A stretch of 61,374 nucleotides of DNA from an uncultured Clostridia bacterium (GTDB lineage Bacteria; Bacillota; Clostridia; TANB77; CAG-508). Shown here one piece after another: positions 49,850 to 60,523 of the stretch; the stretch's first letter is position 1, and every line of letters begins with the position of its first letter. Position numbers and translations under genes: made by a program. The notes under the pieces are model-generated. The model made no database searches, was not told the origin of the DNA, and saw nothing but the letters and a program-made list of their open reading frames with translations. The DNA is taken from NCBI GenBank assembly GCA_944391755.1, contig CALXUT010000039.1, positions 1 to 61,374 of the forward strand. Reading direction: 5' to 3'.

Positions 49850-50818
49850 ATGTCTGAAAAGGACAAAATGTTAGCAGGAGAAATTTATGATGCAAATTAT
49901 GATGAGGAATTAATTGCAGAAAGGACAAAAGTAAAAGACCTATGTTATGCGTATAATCATTTAAAACCATCCAATATGGATGAAAGAAAACAAGTAATGA
50001 GAAAAATAGTAGGAAAAATTCATGGGGATTTTTTAATAGAGCAACCATTTACTTGTGATTATGGCTATAACATAGAAATAGGTGAAAACTTTTATGCTAA
50101 TCATAATCTAATCATTTTAGATGCGAACAAAGTTAAATTTGGAGATAATGTTTTCATTGCACCAAACTGTGGATTTTATACTTCTGGACATCCACTAGAT
50201 GCACAAACGAGAAATCAGGGATTAGAATATGCGTATCCAATAGAAATTGGAAACGATGTCTGGATAGGTGGAAATACGGTAGTTTTACCAGGAGTAAAAA
50301 TTGGAGATAATTGTGTCATTGGAGCAGGAAGTATTGTGACAAAAGATATTCCAAGCAATAGTATTGCTGTTGGAAATCCATGTAAAATAATAAAAACAAT
50401 AAGAAAATATAAGAATGAAGATTTAGATTCCATCATGGAAATATGGTTAGATGGAAATATAAAAGCACATGAATTTATCGAAAAAAACTATTGGAAAAGT
50501 AAATTTGAATATGTAAAACAGATATTGCCAAAATCTGAAATATATGTTTATGAGAAAAAAGGAACAATTAGAGGATTTATTGGTTTGGATAAGGAACATA
50601 TAGAAGGGATTTTTGTAAAAGAAAAATCAAAAGGAATAGGAAAAGAACTGATAGATATAGTAAAACAAAATAAAAACGAATTAAGTTTACATGTATATCA
50701 GAAAAATAAAAGAGCAATAGATTTTTATAAAAAACAAGGATTTCATATTACAGAAGAATCTGTTGATGAAGCAACAAATGAAAAAGAATATTTAATGAAA
50801 TGGGTAAAGGAGAGATAA
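49850..50818 (+). CDS. Fusion: maltose/sugar O-acetyltransferase (Maa) plus YjaB-like GNAT domain
   Basis: EKDKMLAG, CDYGYNI and VAVGNPC-type motifs, then IRKYKNEDLD..W, KGIGKELI and AIDFYKKQGF. Confidence 0.85.
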   Translation: MSEKDKMLAGEIYDANYDEELIAERTKVKDLCYAYNHLKPSNMDERKQVMRKIVGKIHGDFLIEQPFTCDYGYNIEIGENFYANHNLIILDANKVKFGDNVFIAPNCGFYTSGHPLDAQTRNQGLEYAYPIEIGNDVWIGGNTVVLPGVKIGDNCVIGAGSIVTKDIPSNSIAVGNPCKIIKTIRKYKNEDLDSIMEIWLDGNIKAHEFIEKNYWKSKFEYVKQILPKSEIYVYEKKGTIRGFIGLDKEHIEGIFVKEKSKGIGKELIDIVKQNKNELSLHVYQKNKRAIDFYKKQGFHITEESVDEATNEKEYLMKWVKER

Positions 50819-50820
50819 TT

Positions 50821-51186
50821 ATGAAAAAACAATTAATTATTAAAAAATGTAATCATTGTGGAGGAATGGTAGAAGTCATAAAAGACTGTAAAATAAAATG
50901 TTGTGATGAAGAAATGGTAACATTAGTACCAAATACAGTAGAGGCAGCGATTGAAAAACATATACCAACATATGAAAAAACGACTGAAGGAATATTTATA
51001 AGAGTAAATCATGTTATGGAAAAAGAACATTATATAGAATGGATAGCATTAGTAACAGATAATAAAGAATATAAAGTAACACTATATCCAGAACAAAATG
51101 CAGAATGTGAATTTCCATATGTACCAGGATCTACACTTTATGCATATTGCAATAAACATGGACTTTGGAAACAAACTGTAGAATAG
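50821..51186 (+). CDS. dfx: Desulfoferrodoxin (superoxide reductase)
   Basis: CxxC...CC N-terminal site, EKH, HxMxxxH and CNKHG. Confidence 0.9.
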   Translation: MKKQLIIKKCNHCGGMVEVIKDCKIKCCDEEMVTLVPNTVEAAIEKHIPTYEKTTEGIFIRVNHVMEKEHYIEWIALVTDNKEYKVTLYPEQNAECEFPYVPGSTLYAYCNKHGLWKQTVE

Positions 51187-51499
51187 AAATGATTGATTAA
51201 AATAGCAGAAAAAACTTCTGCTATTTTTGATTTTCTCTATAATTATTTCCCCATACTACCATAGAATCTAAAATGGGGTTTAGACTCCTGGATTTATTCT
51301 GTTTTGTGAGATTAAATTTTCAATAATTCTCTTTACCTTTCTTTTTATAATATAATCTTTAACTTTAAAATTAGATATTACTTTCGACGCTTTTCTACAT
51401 ATACACTCATACATATTACTTTTTCTAATAGTATAGAATAATTTTCTTTTTTATGATATATATTAAGAAAAACGAAATCATTCAAGGAGAAGCATATTC

Positions 51500-52162
51500 A
51501 TGAAAACAATATTAGTAGTAGAAGATGATATGGACATTCATAACTTAATAAGAGAAATGTTAGAAAAAGAAAATTATCGTGTACTCAATAGTTATTCTGG
51601 AACAGAAGCTTTACTGTTGATAGAAAAAGAAAAAATAGATTTAATCTTATTGGATTTAATGTTACCTGGATTAAATGGAGAAGAAATTATAAAAAAAGTT
51701 AAAAAAACGCCTATTATTGTAATAAGTGCCAAAATTTCTCCAGAAGATAAAGTAAATGTATTGCTTAATGGAGCAAATGATTATATAACAAAACCTTTTG
51801 ATACAAAAGAACTTCTTGCAAGAGTAAAAGTTCAATTGAGAATAAATGAAAATGCAGTAGAAAATAAAGAATTAACATACAAAGATATGAGATTAGACGA
51901 AGATAGTCATGCATTATATATCAAAGAAAAACAAATCTATTTAACAAAAACAGAATATGCAATCATAGAACAATTATTATTAAATTCTAAGCAAGTTGTT
52001 ACTAAAACAAAATTATTAGAACGAATCAGTTATGATACATTAGATTGTGATGAGAATTCTTTAAAAGTCCATATTAGCAATATAAGAAAGAAAATTAGAA
52101 ATATAACAAAAGAGGAATATATAGAATCTGTATGGGGAATAGGGTTTAAAATTCATGAATAA
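51500..52162 (+). CDS. OmpR-family response regulator
   Basis: VVEDD, LDLMLP, GANDYITKPF and winged helix SVWGIGFK. Confidence 0.95.
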   Translation: MKTILVVEDDMDIHNLIREMLEKENYRVLNSYSGTEALLLIEKEKIDLILLDLMLPGLNGEEIIKKVKKTPIIVISAKISPEDKVNVLLNGANDYITKPFDTKELLARVKVQLRINENAVENKELTYKDMRLDEDSHALYIKEKQIYLTKTEYAIIEQLLLNSKQVVTKTKLLERISYDTLDCDENSLKVHISNIRKKIRNITKEEYIESVWGIGFKIHE

Positions 52163-52165
52163 AAA

Positions 52166-52211
52166 CTTAACGAAATCTTTATTGTTTCTTAACCGATTTC
52201 TTAACGATTTC
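52166..52211 (+). promoter_or_regulatory. Direct-repeat OmpR-type binding array upstream of the ABC genes
   Basis: CTTAAC (52166), CTTTAT (52177), CTTAAC (52188), CTTAAC (52200), spaced 11/11/12 bp. Confidence 0.6.
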
Positions 52212-52242
52212 ATAGTAAAATGACTTCAGAAAGGAGGAGGTT

Positions 52243-53157
52243 ATGGAATATATTTTAGAAACACATAATCTAGAAAAAAGATATAAACATTTTAAAGCAA
52301 TCAGTAATTTGAATATGCATATCCCAAAAGGTTCTATCTATGGACTTATAGGAAAAAATGGAGCAGGAAAAACAACACTTATTAGAGTAATTTGTGGACT
52401 ACAAAAGCCAACATCAGGAACCTATTCTATTTATGGTATTTCAAATGAAAATAGAAAAATTACAGAAGCAAGAAAAAGGATAGGAGCAATTATTGAATCT
52501 CCATCCATTTGTCTTGATATGACAGCAGAAGATAATCTAAAAGAACAATATAAAGTAATAGGACTTCCTAGTTTTGATAATTTACAGGAAATACTTAGAT
52601 TTGTCGGATTAGAAGAAACAGGGAAAAAAACGGCAAAGAACTTTTCCTTAGGAATGAAGCAAAGATTGGGATTAGCAATCGCATTAGTAGGAAATCCAGA
52701 TTTCCTTATTTTAGATGAACCTATTAATGGATTAGATCCAGAAGGGATTATCGAAATCAGAGAACTTATTTTAAAATTAAATAAAGAAAAAGGAATTACA
52801 TTTTTAATTTCCAGTCATTATTTAGATGAATTATCTAAAATTGCAACTTGTTATGGATTTATAGATAAATGCAGAATTGTCAAGGAAATTCGTAGTGACG
52901 AATTAGAACAAAAATTTAAAAAGAGAACACAAATCCATGTGAACAATATAAAGGAATGTGTGAAATATTTAGAAGAAATTAAAATACCTTATAAAGTAAT
53001 TTCTGAAAACATAGTCGATATTTATGAAAAAATCAATGTTTCAGATATTGTCATTGCACTTTCTAAGAGAAATTGTATCGTAAATGAATTTCATGAAAAA
53101 GGAGAATCTCTTGAAAATTATTATTTGAATTTGATAGGAGGTGCAGACAATGTATAA
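52243..53157 (+). CDS. ABC transporter ATP-binding protein (BcrA/lantibiotic-type)
   Basis: GKNGAGKTT, FSLGMKQRL, LILDEP and SSH. Confidence 0.95.
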   Translation: MEYILETHNLEKRYKHFKAISNLNMHIPKGSIYGLIGKNGAGKTTLIRVICGLQKPTSGTYSIYGISNENRKITEARKRIGAIIESPSICLDMTAEDNLKEQYKVIGLPSFDNLQEILRFVGLEETGKKTAKNFSLGMKQRLGLAIALVGNPDFLILDEPINGLDPEGIIEIRELILKLNKEKGITFLISSHYLDELSKIATCYGFIDKCRIVKEIRSDELEQKFKKRTQIHVNNIKECVKYLEEIKIPYKVISENIVDIYEKINVSDIVIALSKRNCIVNEFHEKGESLENYYLNLIGGADNV

Positions 53158-53966
53158 ATTACTAAAAGCAGGATTTTTTAGATTAAGAAAAGAAATTATA
53201 TTTTGGTTATTTATCTTTATGACTATTGGAATTACAGGATATACTTTATATCGATATAGTACAAATAGTGGAGCAATATTAGATGCATTTGTAAATGAAT
53301 TTGTCATGTATATTGGACTTTTTATTGCTATATTTGTAAGTATATATGTAGGAAAAGAACATTCAGAGGGGATTATTAGGAATAAAATCATTGTCCGGAC
53401 ACAGTAGAATATCTATTTACTTATCAAATCTTATCATTAGTGTTATAACCTCTGTATTTTGCGAATTCATTTATTTAGCAATCGTGTTATTAATTGGAAC
53501 TCCTATGTTTGGAAAACTACAAATGCCATTTGATCAATTTTGTATGAGTGTTTTAAATGTCATATTGATTATTATCGCCTATTGTTCTATTTACAATTTT
53601 ATTGCCATGATATGTTCGGAAATAACCATTTCTACAACCATATGTATATTGTTATTTATTGCCATGTTTATAGCACAAGGTTCATTTGGATTAATTGCCG
53701 ATACATCTCCATATATAACACATACTTCGATTGATGAAAATGGTAACAGACAGATTATTAGTCAGGAACCAAATCCTAATTATCCAGGAGAACAAAAAGT
53801 AAAAATAGCTAGAACCATTTATCTTTTCATACCACAAGGACAAGCTCAAGAAGTAGAAAGCAATAATACAGAATATGCATATCAAATGCCAATCTACTCT
53901 ATCATCTTGATAAGTATTGTCAATATAGGAGGAATCTATTTGTTTTCCAAAAAAGAATTAAAGTAG
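53150..53966 (+). pseudogene. ABC-2 permease split by a +1 C insertion (271 aa if repaired)
   Basis: att gtc Cgga cac agt aga: removing one C at 53395-53396 restores IIVGHSRISIY. Confidence 0.8.
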
Positions 53967-53975
53967 GAGGAAAAT

Positions 53976-54869
53976 GTGAATATTGGATTTTATATTATGA
54001 TAATTATATTGTTTTTAGTTTGTATTTTACTAATCATGAAGATATATACAATGAAAAAATATATAAGAGAAATTGAAAGAGAATTAAATGATATATTAAA
54101 ATCAGATACAAATCATTTAATTACCATATCTTCATCAGATAAAAGTATCAAAAATTTAGCTAATAGTTTAAACTCTGAACTGAAAGAATTAAGAAATCAA
54201 AAATTACAATATGAAAATGGCAATCAAGAACTAAAAACATTAATAACCAATATTTCTCACGATATGAGAACTCCACTTACGGCAATAAGTGGATATATAG
54301 ATTTTATGAAAGAAAGTGAAGAAGAGAAAACACAAGAATATATTGAAATAATAGAAAGAAAAACAAATGATTTAATAGCACTTACCAATCAATTATTTGA
54401 TTTTTCGAAAACCATGGATATAGGAGTGAAGTTAGAAAAACAAAAATATTGTATAAACGAAATTTTAGAAGAAACTTTAGCGAATTATTATAGCATTTTT
54501 AAAGCAAATAAAATAGAACCACAAATTGATATATGTAAAGAAAAAATTTATAGAAGTTTCGATAAAAATACAATCATAAGAGTTTTTGAAAATATTTTAT
54601 CAAATATAAGTAAATATAGTAATGGAGATTTTCATGTGATATTAGCGAAAGATGGAAAAATTACTTTTTCTAATGAAGCTACATCATTAGATGCAACAAC
54701 TGTACAGAAGATTTTTGATAGATATTTTACAGTTGAAAATGCTAAGAAATCCACAGGGCTAGGACTTTCGATTGCAAAACAATTAGTAGAATTAAATAAT
54801 GGAAATATATCGGCAAAATATATAGATGGTAATTTAATGATAGAAATAGAATTTGAACAAAAGGAATAG
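53976..54869 (+). CDS. Sensor histidine kinase
   Basis: NISHDMRTPLT, FENILSNISKY, FDRYF and GLGLSIAK. Confidence 0.93.
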   Translation: MNIGFYIMIIILFLVCILLIMKIYTMKKYIREIERELNDILKSDTNHLITISSSDKSIKNLANSLNSELKELRNQKLQYENGNQELKTLITNISHDMRTPLTAISGYIDFMKESEEEKTQEYIEIIERKTNDLIALTNQLFDFSKTMDIGVKLEKQKYCINEILEETLANYYSIFKANKIEPQIDICKEKIYRSFDKNTIIRVFENILSNISKYSNGDFHVILAKDGKITFSNEATSLDATTVQKIFDRYFTVENAKKSTGLGLSIAKQLVELNNGNISAKYIDGNLMIEIEFEQKE

Positions 54870-55007
54870 GCAAATAAATAATAACAGGTAATAGGTAAGT
54901 ACTTTACAAAAAGATTATATCATAATATAATGCATTTGTAACTATTTTTTGGTAGGATGATGAACTATAAAAACATTCATTATCTTAATGTAAGGAGGAA
55001 TTTTAAA

Positions 55008-55574
55008 ATGAGAAAGAACATTAAAACTTCAGAAGCAATATTTCCAATGCCTGTATTAATGATTGCAACATATAATGAAGATGGAAGTGTTGATGTAATG
55101 AATGCAGCTTGGGGAACAATGCTAAGCAGAAATCAAGTAATATTAAATTTAACAGAAACACATAAAACTGTTAAAAATATTAAAAAGAGAAAAGCTTTTA
55201 CAGTAAGTATTGCGGATAGCAAACATGTTGTAGAAGCAGATTATTTTGGAGTAGTATCAGGAAATAACACTCCTAATAAATTTGAGAACAGTGGATTGAC
55301 GGCAACGAAATCAGAAAATGTAGATGCACCAATCATAAATGAATTTCCTATTTGTCTTGAGTGTGAATTTATAGAATATCAAGATGATGAATATGGCTGT
55401 GGAGTAATAGGAAAAGTAGTAAATGTAACTGCTGATGAAAGTGTTATGAATGGAGAAAATGTTGACATTGAATTGGTTAATGCAATTGCATTTGATCCAT
55501 ATACTCATGGGTACTATAAAGTTACACAAAGAGTAGGAGAGGCTTTTAAGGACGGGCTACAACTAAAAAAATAG
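55008..55574 (+). CDS. Flavin reductase-like FMN-binding protein
   Basis: FPMPV, MNAAWG, HKTVKNI...FTVS and APIINEFPICLEC. Confidence 0.88.
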   Translation: MRKNIKTSEAIFPMPVLMIATYNEDGSVDVMNAAWGTMLSRNQVILNLTETHKTVKNIKKRKAFTVSIADSKHVVEADYFGVVSGNNTPNKFENSGLTATKSENVDAPIINEFPICLECEFIEYQDDEYGCGVIGKVVNVTADESVMNGENVDIELVNAIAFDPYTHGYYKVTQRVGEAFKDGLQLKK

Positions 55575-55699
55575 AAATAAAAAGATTAGAAGAAATAAGA
55601 ACAGCAATGAGAGTAATTATATTGATAATTACTCTCATTTATGATATTATGAAACCAATAAAAATAATGATTTATAGAAGTAACTTATGGGAGAAGATT

Positions 55700-56434
55700 A
55701 TGGAAAAGATTAAAAAAAGTATACTTTTGTATACAATTATCTATTTAATAATATATGTAACACTATATTTTATATTAAAAGCTTTTAATCTTACTTTTTT
55801 AGCATGGGTAAAAAATATATCTATATTAGCAATATCTATAGGAACAATTACTGGGTTTATTCAAATAGCAATCAATATAGATGGAGATAAAAAATTTAGA
55901 AAAATAATAGTGCATCTATTTATTATTTTTTTAACTTTTATCCTTTTTCTGATTAATGCTTTTTATTTTATGTTTATAGCAAATTCAGAAGAACAAACAG
56001 TATATGAAGGGTTCAATATGATTAAAGAAACAAGACAAGTATTGAAATCAAATTATATTAAATATTATGATTATATGAATCCATTCATAAGGAACATACA
56101 AGAAAGAGTATACATAAATTATGATGATACAATTTCAGAAGATGAATATGGAGGAACATATTATTATAATAAAGATGGAAAAGAAGTGGAAGATATAGAA
56201 GGTACTGAATTTATAGATTTAAGCAATTTAAAAAAATATGCTAGTGAGGGAAGTGCAACTTATGAGAATGTACAAGAACTTATAGAAGAGCTTTATCACA
56301 ATTATGAGGGAAATATTTATAAAGTAGACACATCAGACAATTATTTATTTATATATTTAACAGAAGTTCCAGAGAAACTTGTTGTAGAAGAAACAGATAG
56401 AAAATTCAAAGGAATACAAGGAGAAAAGTTATGA
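55700..56434 (+). CDS. Hypothetical membrane protein
   Basis: Three TM segments then an acidic soluble region; RBS gggaga before the ATG at 55700. Confidence 0.65.
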   Translation: MEKIKKSILLYTIIYLIIYVTLYFILKAFNLTFLAWVKNISILAISIGTITGFIQIAINIDGDKKFRKIIVHLFIIFLTFILFLINAFYFMFIANSEEQTVYEGFNMIKETRQVLKSNYIKYYDYMNPFIRNIQERVYINYDDTISEDEYGGTYYYNKDGKEVEDIEGTEFIDLSNLKKYASEGSATYENVQELIEELYHNYEGNIYKVDTSDNYLFIYLTEVPEKLVVEETDRKFKGIQGEKL

Positions 56435-56484
56435 AATTAATATTTCTATCAAGCACATTCAAATATATCCAATAGGAGGTTAAA

Positions 56485-56997
56485 ATGATAATTTTAATAA
56501 CAGGAAGTTCGCATACAGGAAAAACAGTATTAGCACAAAAATTATTAGAAAAATATAAATATCCCTATTTATCAATTGATCACTTAAAAATGGGACTTAT
56601 TAGAAGTAAAAATACAAACTTAACAGTAGAAGATGATGAAAAACTAACAGAATATTTATGGAAAATTGTAAGAGAAATTATAAAGACGAATATAGAGAAC
56701 AAACAAAATATAATCATAGAAGGATGTTATATACCTTATGATTGGAAGAAAGATTTTGATGAAAATGATTTAAAAGAAATAGAATTTATCTGTCTAATAA
56801 TGACAGAAAAATATATAAGAAATCATTATGATGATATTATAAAATATGAAAATATTATAGAGCAAAGAAAAAAACAAGAAAATATAAATATAACAGAACT
56901 TATAGAAGAAAATAACGATAACTTAGAAATGTGTAAAAAGTACAAAAATAGATATATTTTAATTGACGATAAGTATGATATTGATTCGTGTATATAG
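56485..56997 (+). CDS. P-loop nucleotide/2-phosphoglycerate kinase-like protein
   Basis: ITGSSHTGKT, SIDHLKMGLIRS and IIEG. Confidence 0.75.
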   Translation: MIILITGSSHTGKTVLAQKLLEKYKYPYLSIDHLKMGLIRSKNTNLTVEDDEKLTEYLWKIVREIIKTNIENKQNIIIEGCYIPYDWKKDFDENDLKEIEFICLIMTEKYIRNHYDDIIKYENIIEQRKKQENINITELIEENNDNLEMCKKYKNRYILIDDKYDIDSCI

Positions 56998-57046
56998 TAA
57001 TACAGTTACAGATATTAAAATAAGGAAAAATAAAAGGGGGAAAGAA

Positions 57047-57805
57047 ATGATTAAAGTTGAGCATGTAACAAAAAAATTTGTTAGAAATAAGACTAAAAGA
57101 GAAAAAGAAGAATTTTATGCAGACAAAGACATTTCCTTTGAAGCCAAAAAAGGAGAAATTATAGGAATACTAGGACCAAATGGAGCAGGGAAAACAACAT
57201 TATTAAGAATGATAGCAGGAATATTAGAACCAACAGAAGGAAAAATCACATTTGATGAATTAGACTATAAACATAATGAAATAGAAATCAAACAAAAAAT
57301 AGCCTATTTATCTGGGAATACAAAGATATATGATACTTTATCAACATATGAACTACTAAAAATGTGTTGTGATATATATGGGATTTCTAAAGACGAAAGT
57401 GAAAAAAGGATAAAAGAAATTACAGATGTTTTGAAAATAGAATCATTTTTATACAATAAAATTGCAAATTTATCAACAGGACAAACGCAAAAAGTAAATT
57501 TAGCAAGATGTCTTGTACATCATCCACAATATTATATTTTAGATGAGGCAACAACAGGGCTAGATATAATATCTAGTCAAATTATATTAAATTTTATCAA
57601 AGAAGAAAGAGATAAAGGAAAAACGATTTTATATTCTACACATTATATGGAAGAAGCGGAAAATATTTGTAATAGAGTTATTATGATTAATAAAGGAGAA
57701 ATTATCAAAACAGGAACACCAGAAGAAATAAAAAAAGATACTAATACAACAAATTTAAGAGATGCTTTTTTTACAATGATAGGAGGTGTTTCAAATGAAG
57801 AATAA
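57047..57805 (+). CDS. ABC transporter ATP-binding protein (NatA-like)
   Basis: GPNGAGKTT, LSTGQTQK, DEATTGLD and STHYM. Confidence 0.9.
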   Translation: MIKVEHVTKKFVRNKTKREKEEFYADKDISFEAKKGEIIGILGPNGAGKTTLLRMIAGILEPTEGKITFDELDYKHNEIEIKQKIAYLSGNTKIYDTLSTYELLKMCCDIYGISKDESEKRIKEITDVLKIESFLYNKIANLSTGQTQKVNLARCLVHHPQYYILDEATTGLDIISSQIILNFIKEERDKGKTILYSTHYMEEAENICNRVIMINKGEIIKTGTPEEIKKDTNTTNLRDAFFTMIGGVSNEE

Positions 57806-58943
57806 TTTATGGAATATATTAAAAAAGGAATTACGAGAACTATTTAGAGATAAAAAATCATTAGCAATGATGTTAATCATACCAATATTTATACCACTTC
57901 TAGTGATTGGAATGTCAGCTTTATTTGAAGCTCAAGTTAGTAAAGATGTGAGTGAATATAACAAAATAGGATTTGCTTATGAAATGTCAGAAATAGAAAA
58001 AAGCATTGCTGAAGAAATGAATATTGAAATTATAAATGGAAATGAAGAAGAATTAAAACAGAAATATGATGAAGGCGAAATTGATCTTTATATTACAAAG
58101 CAAGATAACAAATATGTTATAAATACAGATGGTTCAGATAATAGTACATTTGCAAGTGGTTTAATGGAAACATATTTTAATACATATAAACAATATTTAC
58201 AACAAAGCTATTTACAAGAAAATAGTATAAATCCAGATGAAGTGTTAAGTATTATAACAGTTGAAGAAAATGTGCTTGAGCAAGATAATTATTTTGCAAA
58301 TTACATTAAAAACTATGCTTTTCTTTTTATCATGATGGCGATAACTGTTTCAGCAACATACCCAGCAACAGACACAACAGCAGGTGAAAGAGAAAGAGGA
58401 ACACTAGAAACATTATTGACATTTCCAATAAAAAGTAAAGACATTATTATAGGAAAATTTTTAGGAGTGACCGTATCTTCAATTATTACAGGTATCATTA
58501 GTTTGATTTTAGCTATAATAGCTTTAATGGTTACGAAAAATATGTTTTCAATATATGAAGGTGTAGATACGATGTTCTCACCAATTACAATCATATTTGC
58601 AGTCATTGTCATCATTGCATATTCATTCTTTATCAGTGGATTATGTATTGCTATCGCAAGTACATCAAAGACATTTAAAGAAGCACAAAGTGCGTTGACA
58701 CCATTAACATTTATATCATTTTTCCCTGGTATGATTGCATTTATGATGGGAATAACAACAACACCAATACTTTCAATCGTCCCATTTATAAATTTTACAT
58801 TGATATTTACAGATATTAATAATGGCACGATAGATGTATGGAATATATTGCTAATGGCTATATCTACGATTATTTATATAAGTTTAGTCTTTGCATATAT
58901 TATAAAACAATACAAGTCAGAAAAAGTATTATTTGCAAAATAG
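57795..58943 (+). CDS. ABC-2 permease (NatB-like)
   Basis: KKELRELFRDKK, TAGERERGTLETLL, IIGK and KTFKEAQ. Confidence 0.9.
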   Translation: MKNNLWNILKKELRELFRDKKSLAMMLIIPIFIPLLVIGMSALFEAQVSKDVSEYNKIGFAYEMSEIEKSIAEEMNIEIINGNEEELKQKYDEGEIDLYITKQDNKYVINTDGSDNSTFASGLMETYFNTYKQYLQQSYLQENSINPDEVLSIITVEENVLEQDNYFANYIKNYAFLFIMMAITVSATYPATDTTAGERERGTLETLLTFPIKSKDIIIGKFLGVTVSSIITGIISLILAIIALMVTKNMFSIYEGVDTMFSPITIIFAVIVIIAYSFFISGLCIAIASTSKTFKEAQSALTPLTFISFFPGMIAFMMGITTTPILSIVPFINFTLIFTDINNGTIDVWNILLMAISTIIYISLVFAYIIKQYKSEKVLFAK

Positions 58944-58974
58944 AAATTATAACAAAGTCGATAGGGAGGTACTT

Positions 58975-59508
58975 ATGGATAGTATTATAATATATGGTTC
59001 TCAGTATGGAACAACAAAAATGTATGCAGAGGAGTTATCAAAAAGAACAAATGTAAAAGCTCTTTCTTTTGAAAAAATAGATGATATAAATAAATATAAT
59101 AAAATAATTTATTTAGGTGGACTATATGCAGGTGGAGTATTAGGGATGTCAAAAACATTCAAAAAATTAAATGACATGAATAACAGAAGAATTATATTAG
59201 TAACAGTTGGACTTGCAGATCCAAAAAATGCAGAAAATATTAATAATATAAGAAATGCAATAAAAAGGCAATTATCCAAAAACATTTTAGAAAAAATAAA
59301 AATTTTTCATTTAAGAGGTGGAATCGATTATTCAAAGTTGAATTTTGTTCACAAAACATTGATGAACTTATTATACAAAAAAGCAAAGAATTTACCAGAA
59401 GAAAAGAAAACAGTAGAAGATAAAGCAATCATAGAAACATATGGTAAAAAAGTTAGCTTTATAGATTTTTCTGATTTAGACGGGATTGTAAGTGAATTTA
59501 GTAAGTAA
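58975..59508 (+). CDS. Flavodoxin-domain protein (HemG/Flavodoxin_5-like)
   Basis: YGSQYGTTKMYA, GGLYAG and FHLRGGIDY. Confidence 0.85.
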   Translation: MDSIIIYGSQYGTTKMYAEELSKRTNVKALSFEKIDDINKYNKIIYLGGLYAGGVLGMSKTFKKLNDMNNRRIILVTVGLADPKNAENINNIRNAIKRQLSKNILEKIKIFHLRGGIDYSKLNFVHKTLMNLLYKKAKNLPEEKKTVEDKAIIETYGKKVSFIDFSDLDGIVSEFSK

Positions 59509-59585
59509 TATTAATATAGGAAGCTACTGTGGAAAATTAATAATGTATATGAGAGCATTTATTTATTAGAAGAGGAGGTAAGAAG

Positions 59586-59753
59586 ATGTATAAAACAGTT
59601 GTTATAGAATATGCACCAAAGGCAGATAATATGGCAGAAAAAATAGAAGAAAAAGCAAATGCAATGTTACAAAATGGATATGAGTTAGTCACAATGTCAA
59701 TTACAGGAACAGCAAAAGCAATTTTAGTATTTAAGAATAGTGACAAATTATAA
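59586..59753 (+). CDS. Small hypothetical protein (55 aa) missing from the ORF track
   Basis: AGGAGGT RBS, then MYKTVVIEYAPKADNMAEKIEEKANAMLQNGYELVTMSITGTAKAILVFKNSDKL*. Confidence 0.7.
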   Translation: MYKTVVIEYAPKADNMAEKIEEKANAMLQNGYELVTMSITGTAKAILVFKNSDKL

Positions 59754-59824
59754 TTTTTGTTTAGACAGGAAATGTTCGAATATGGCTAATGAGAGCAAAA
59801 AAGATATATAAAGGAGATTTTGTT

Positions 59825-60454
59825 ATGGTAAATATTCTAGTTCATGGACTTGGACAAGATGAAACAAGTTGGAATGAAGTAATAAATCAATTAAAAAATA
59901 GTAAAATAAATGCTGAAACACCTAATTTATTTTCTATTGTAAAAAATTATCAGGTGAATTATCAAAATATGTATAAAACATTTGCTGATTATTGTAATAA
60001 TTTTAATGAAAAAATAAATTTAGTGGGACTTTCTCTTGGTGGAATACTTGCCATTGATTATATAGTAGAATTTCCAGAAAAGGTAAATTCAGTAATACTT
60101 ATAGGAACACCCTACGAGATACCAAAGACTATATTTACTTTACAAAATATTATTTATAAGTTTATGCCTAAAAGGATATTTGAAAAAATAGGTTGTCCAA
60201 AAAAAGATATGATTAGATTATTAAAATCAATGAGTGAATTATCTACTCCAGAAAAAGCACCAAATATAAAATGTAATGCACTACTTATATGTGGAGAAAA
60301 AGATAATATAAATATAAAAAGCGCAAAACAGTTAAATAAAGTAATACAAAATAGTAAATTTAAGATTATAGAAGGTGCAGGACACGAAGTAAATATTGAT
60401 AATCCAAAAGAACTTGCTTATACAATCTATGACTTTTGGAAAAATAATCAATAA
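59825..60454 (+). CDS. Alpha/beta hydrolase
   Basis: VHGLGQ, GLSLGG, CGEKD and GAGHEVN. Confidence 0.9.
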   Translation: MVNILVHGLGQDETSWNEVINQLKNSKINAETPNLFSIVKNYQVNYQNMYKTFADYCNNFNEKINLVGLSLGGILAIDYIVEFPEKVNSVILIGTPYEIPKTIFTLQNIIYKFMPKRIFEKIGCPKKDMIRLLKSMSELSTPEKAPNIKCNALLICGEKDNINIKSAKQLNKVIQNSKFKIIEGAGHEVNIDNPKELAYTIYDFWKNNQ

Positions 60455-60523
60455 CAAAATTACAATCTAGTAAAATCTAGTAATTAGTAGAAAAAACAGC
60501 AATTTGAAAATAGGAGGTAGTGT

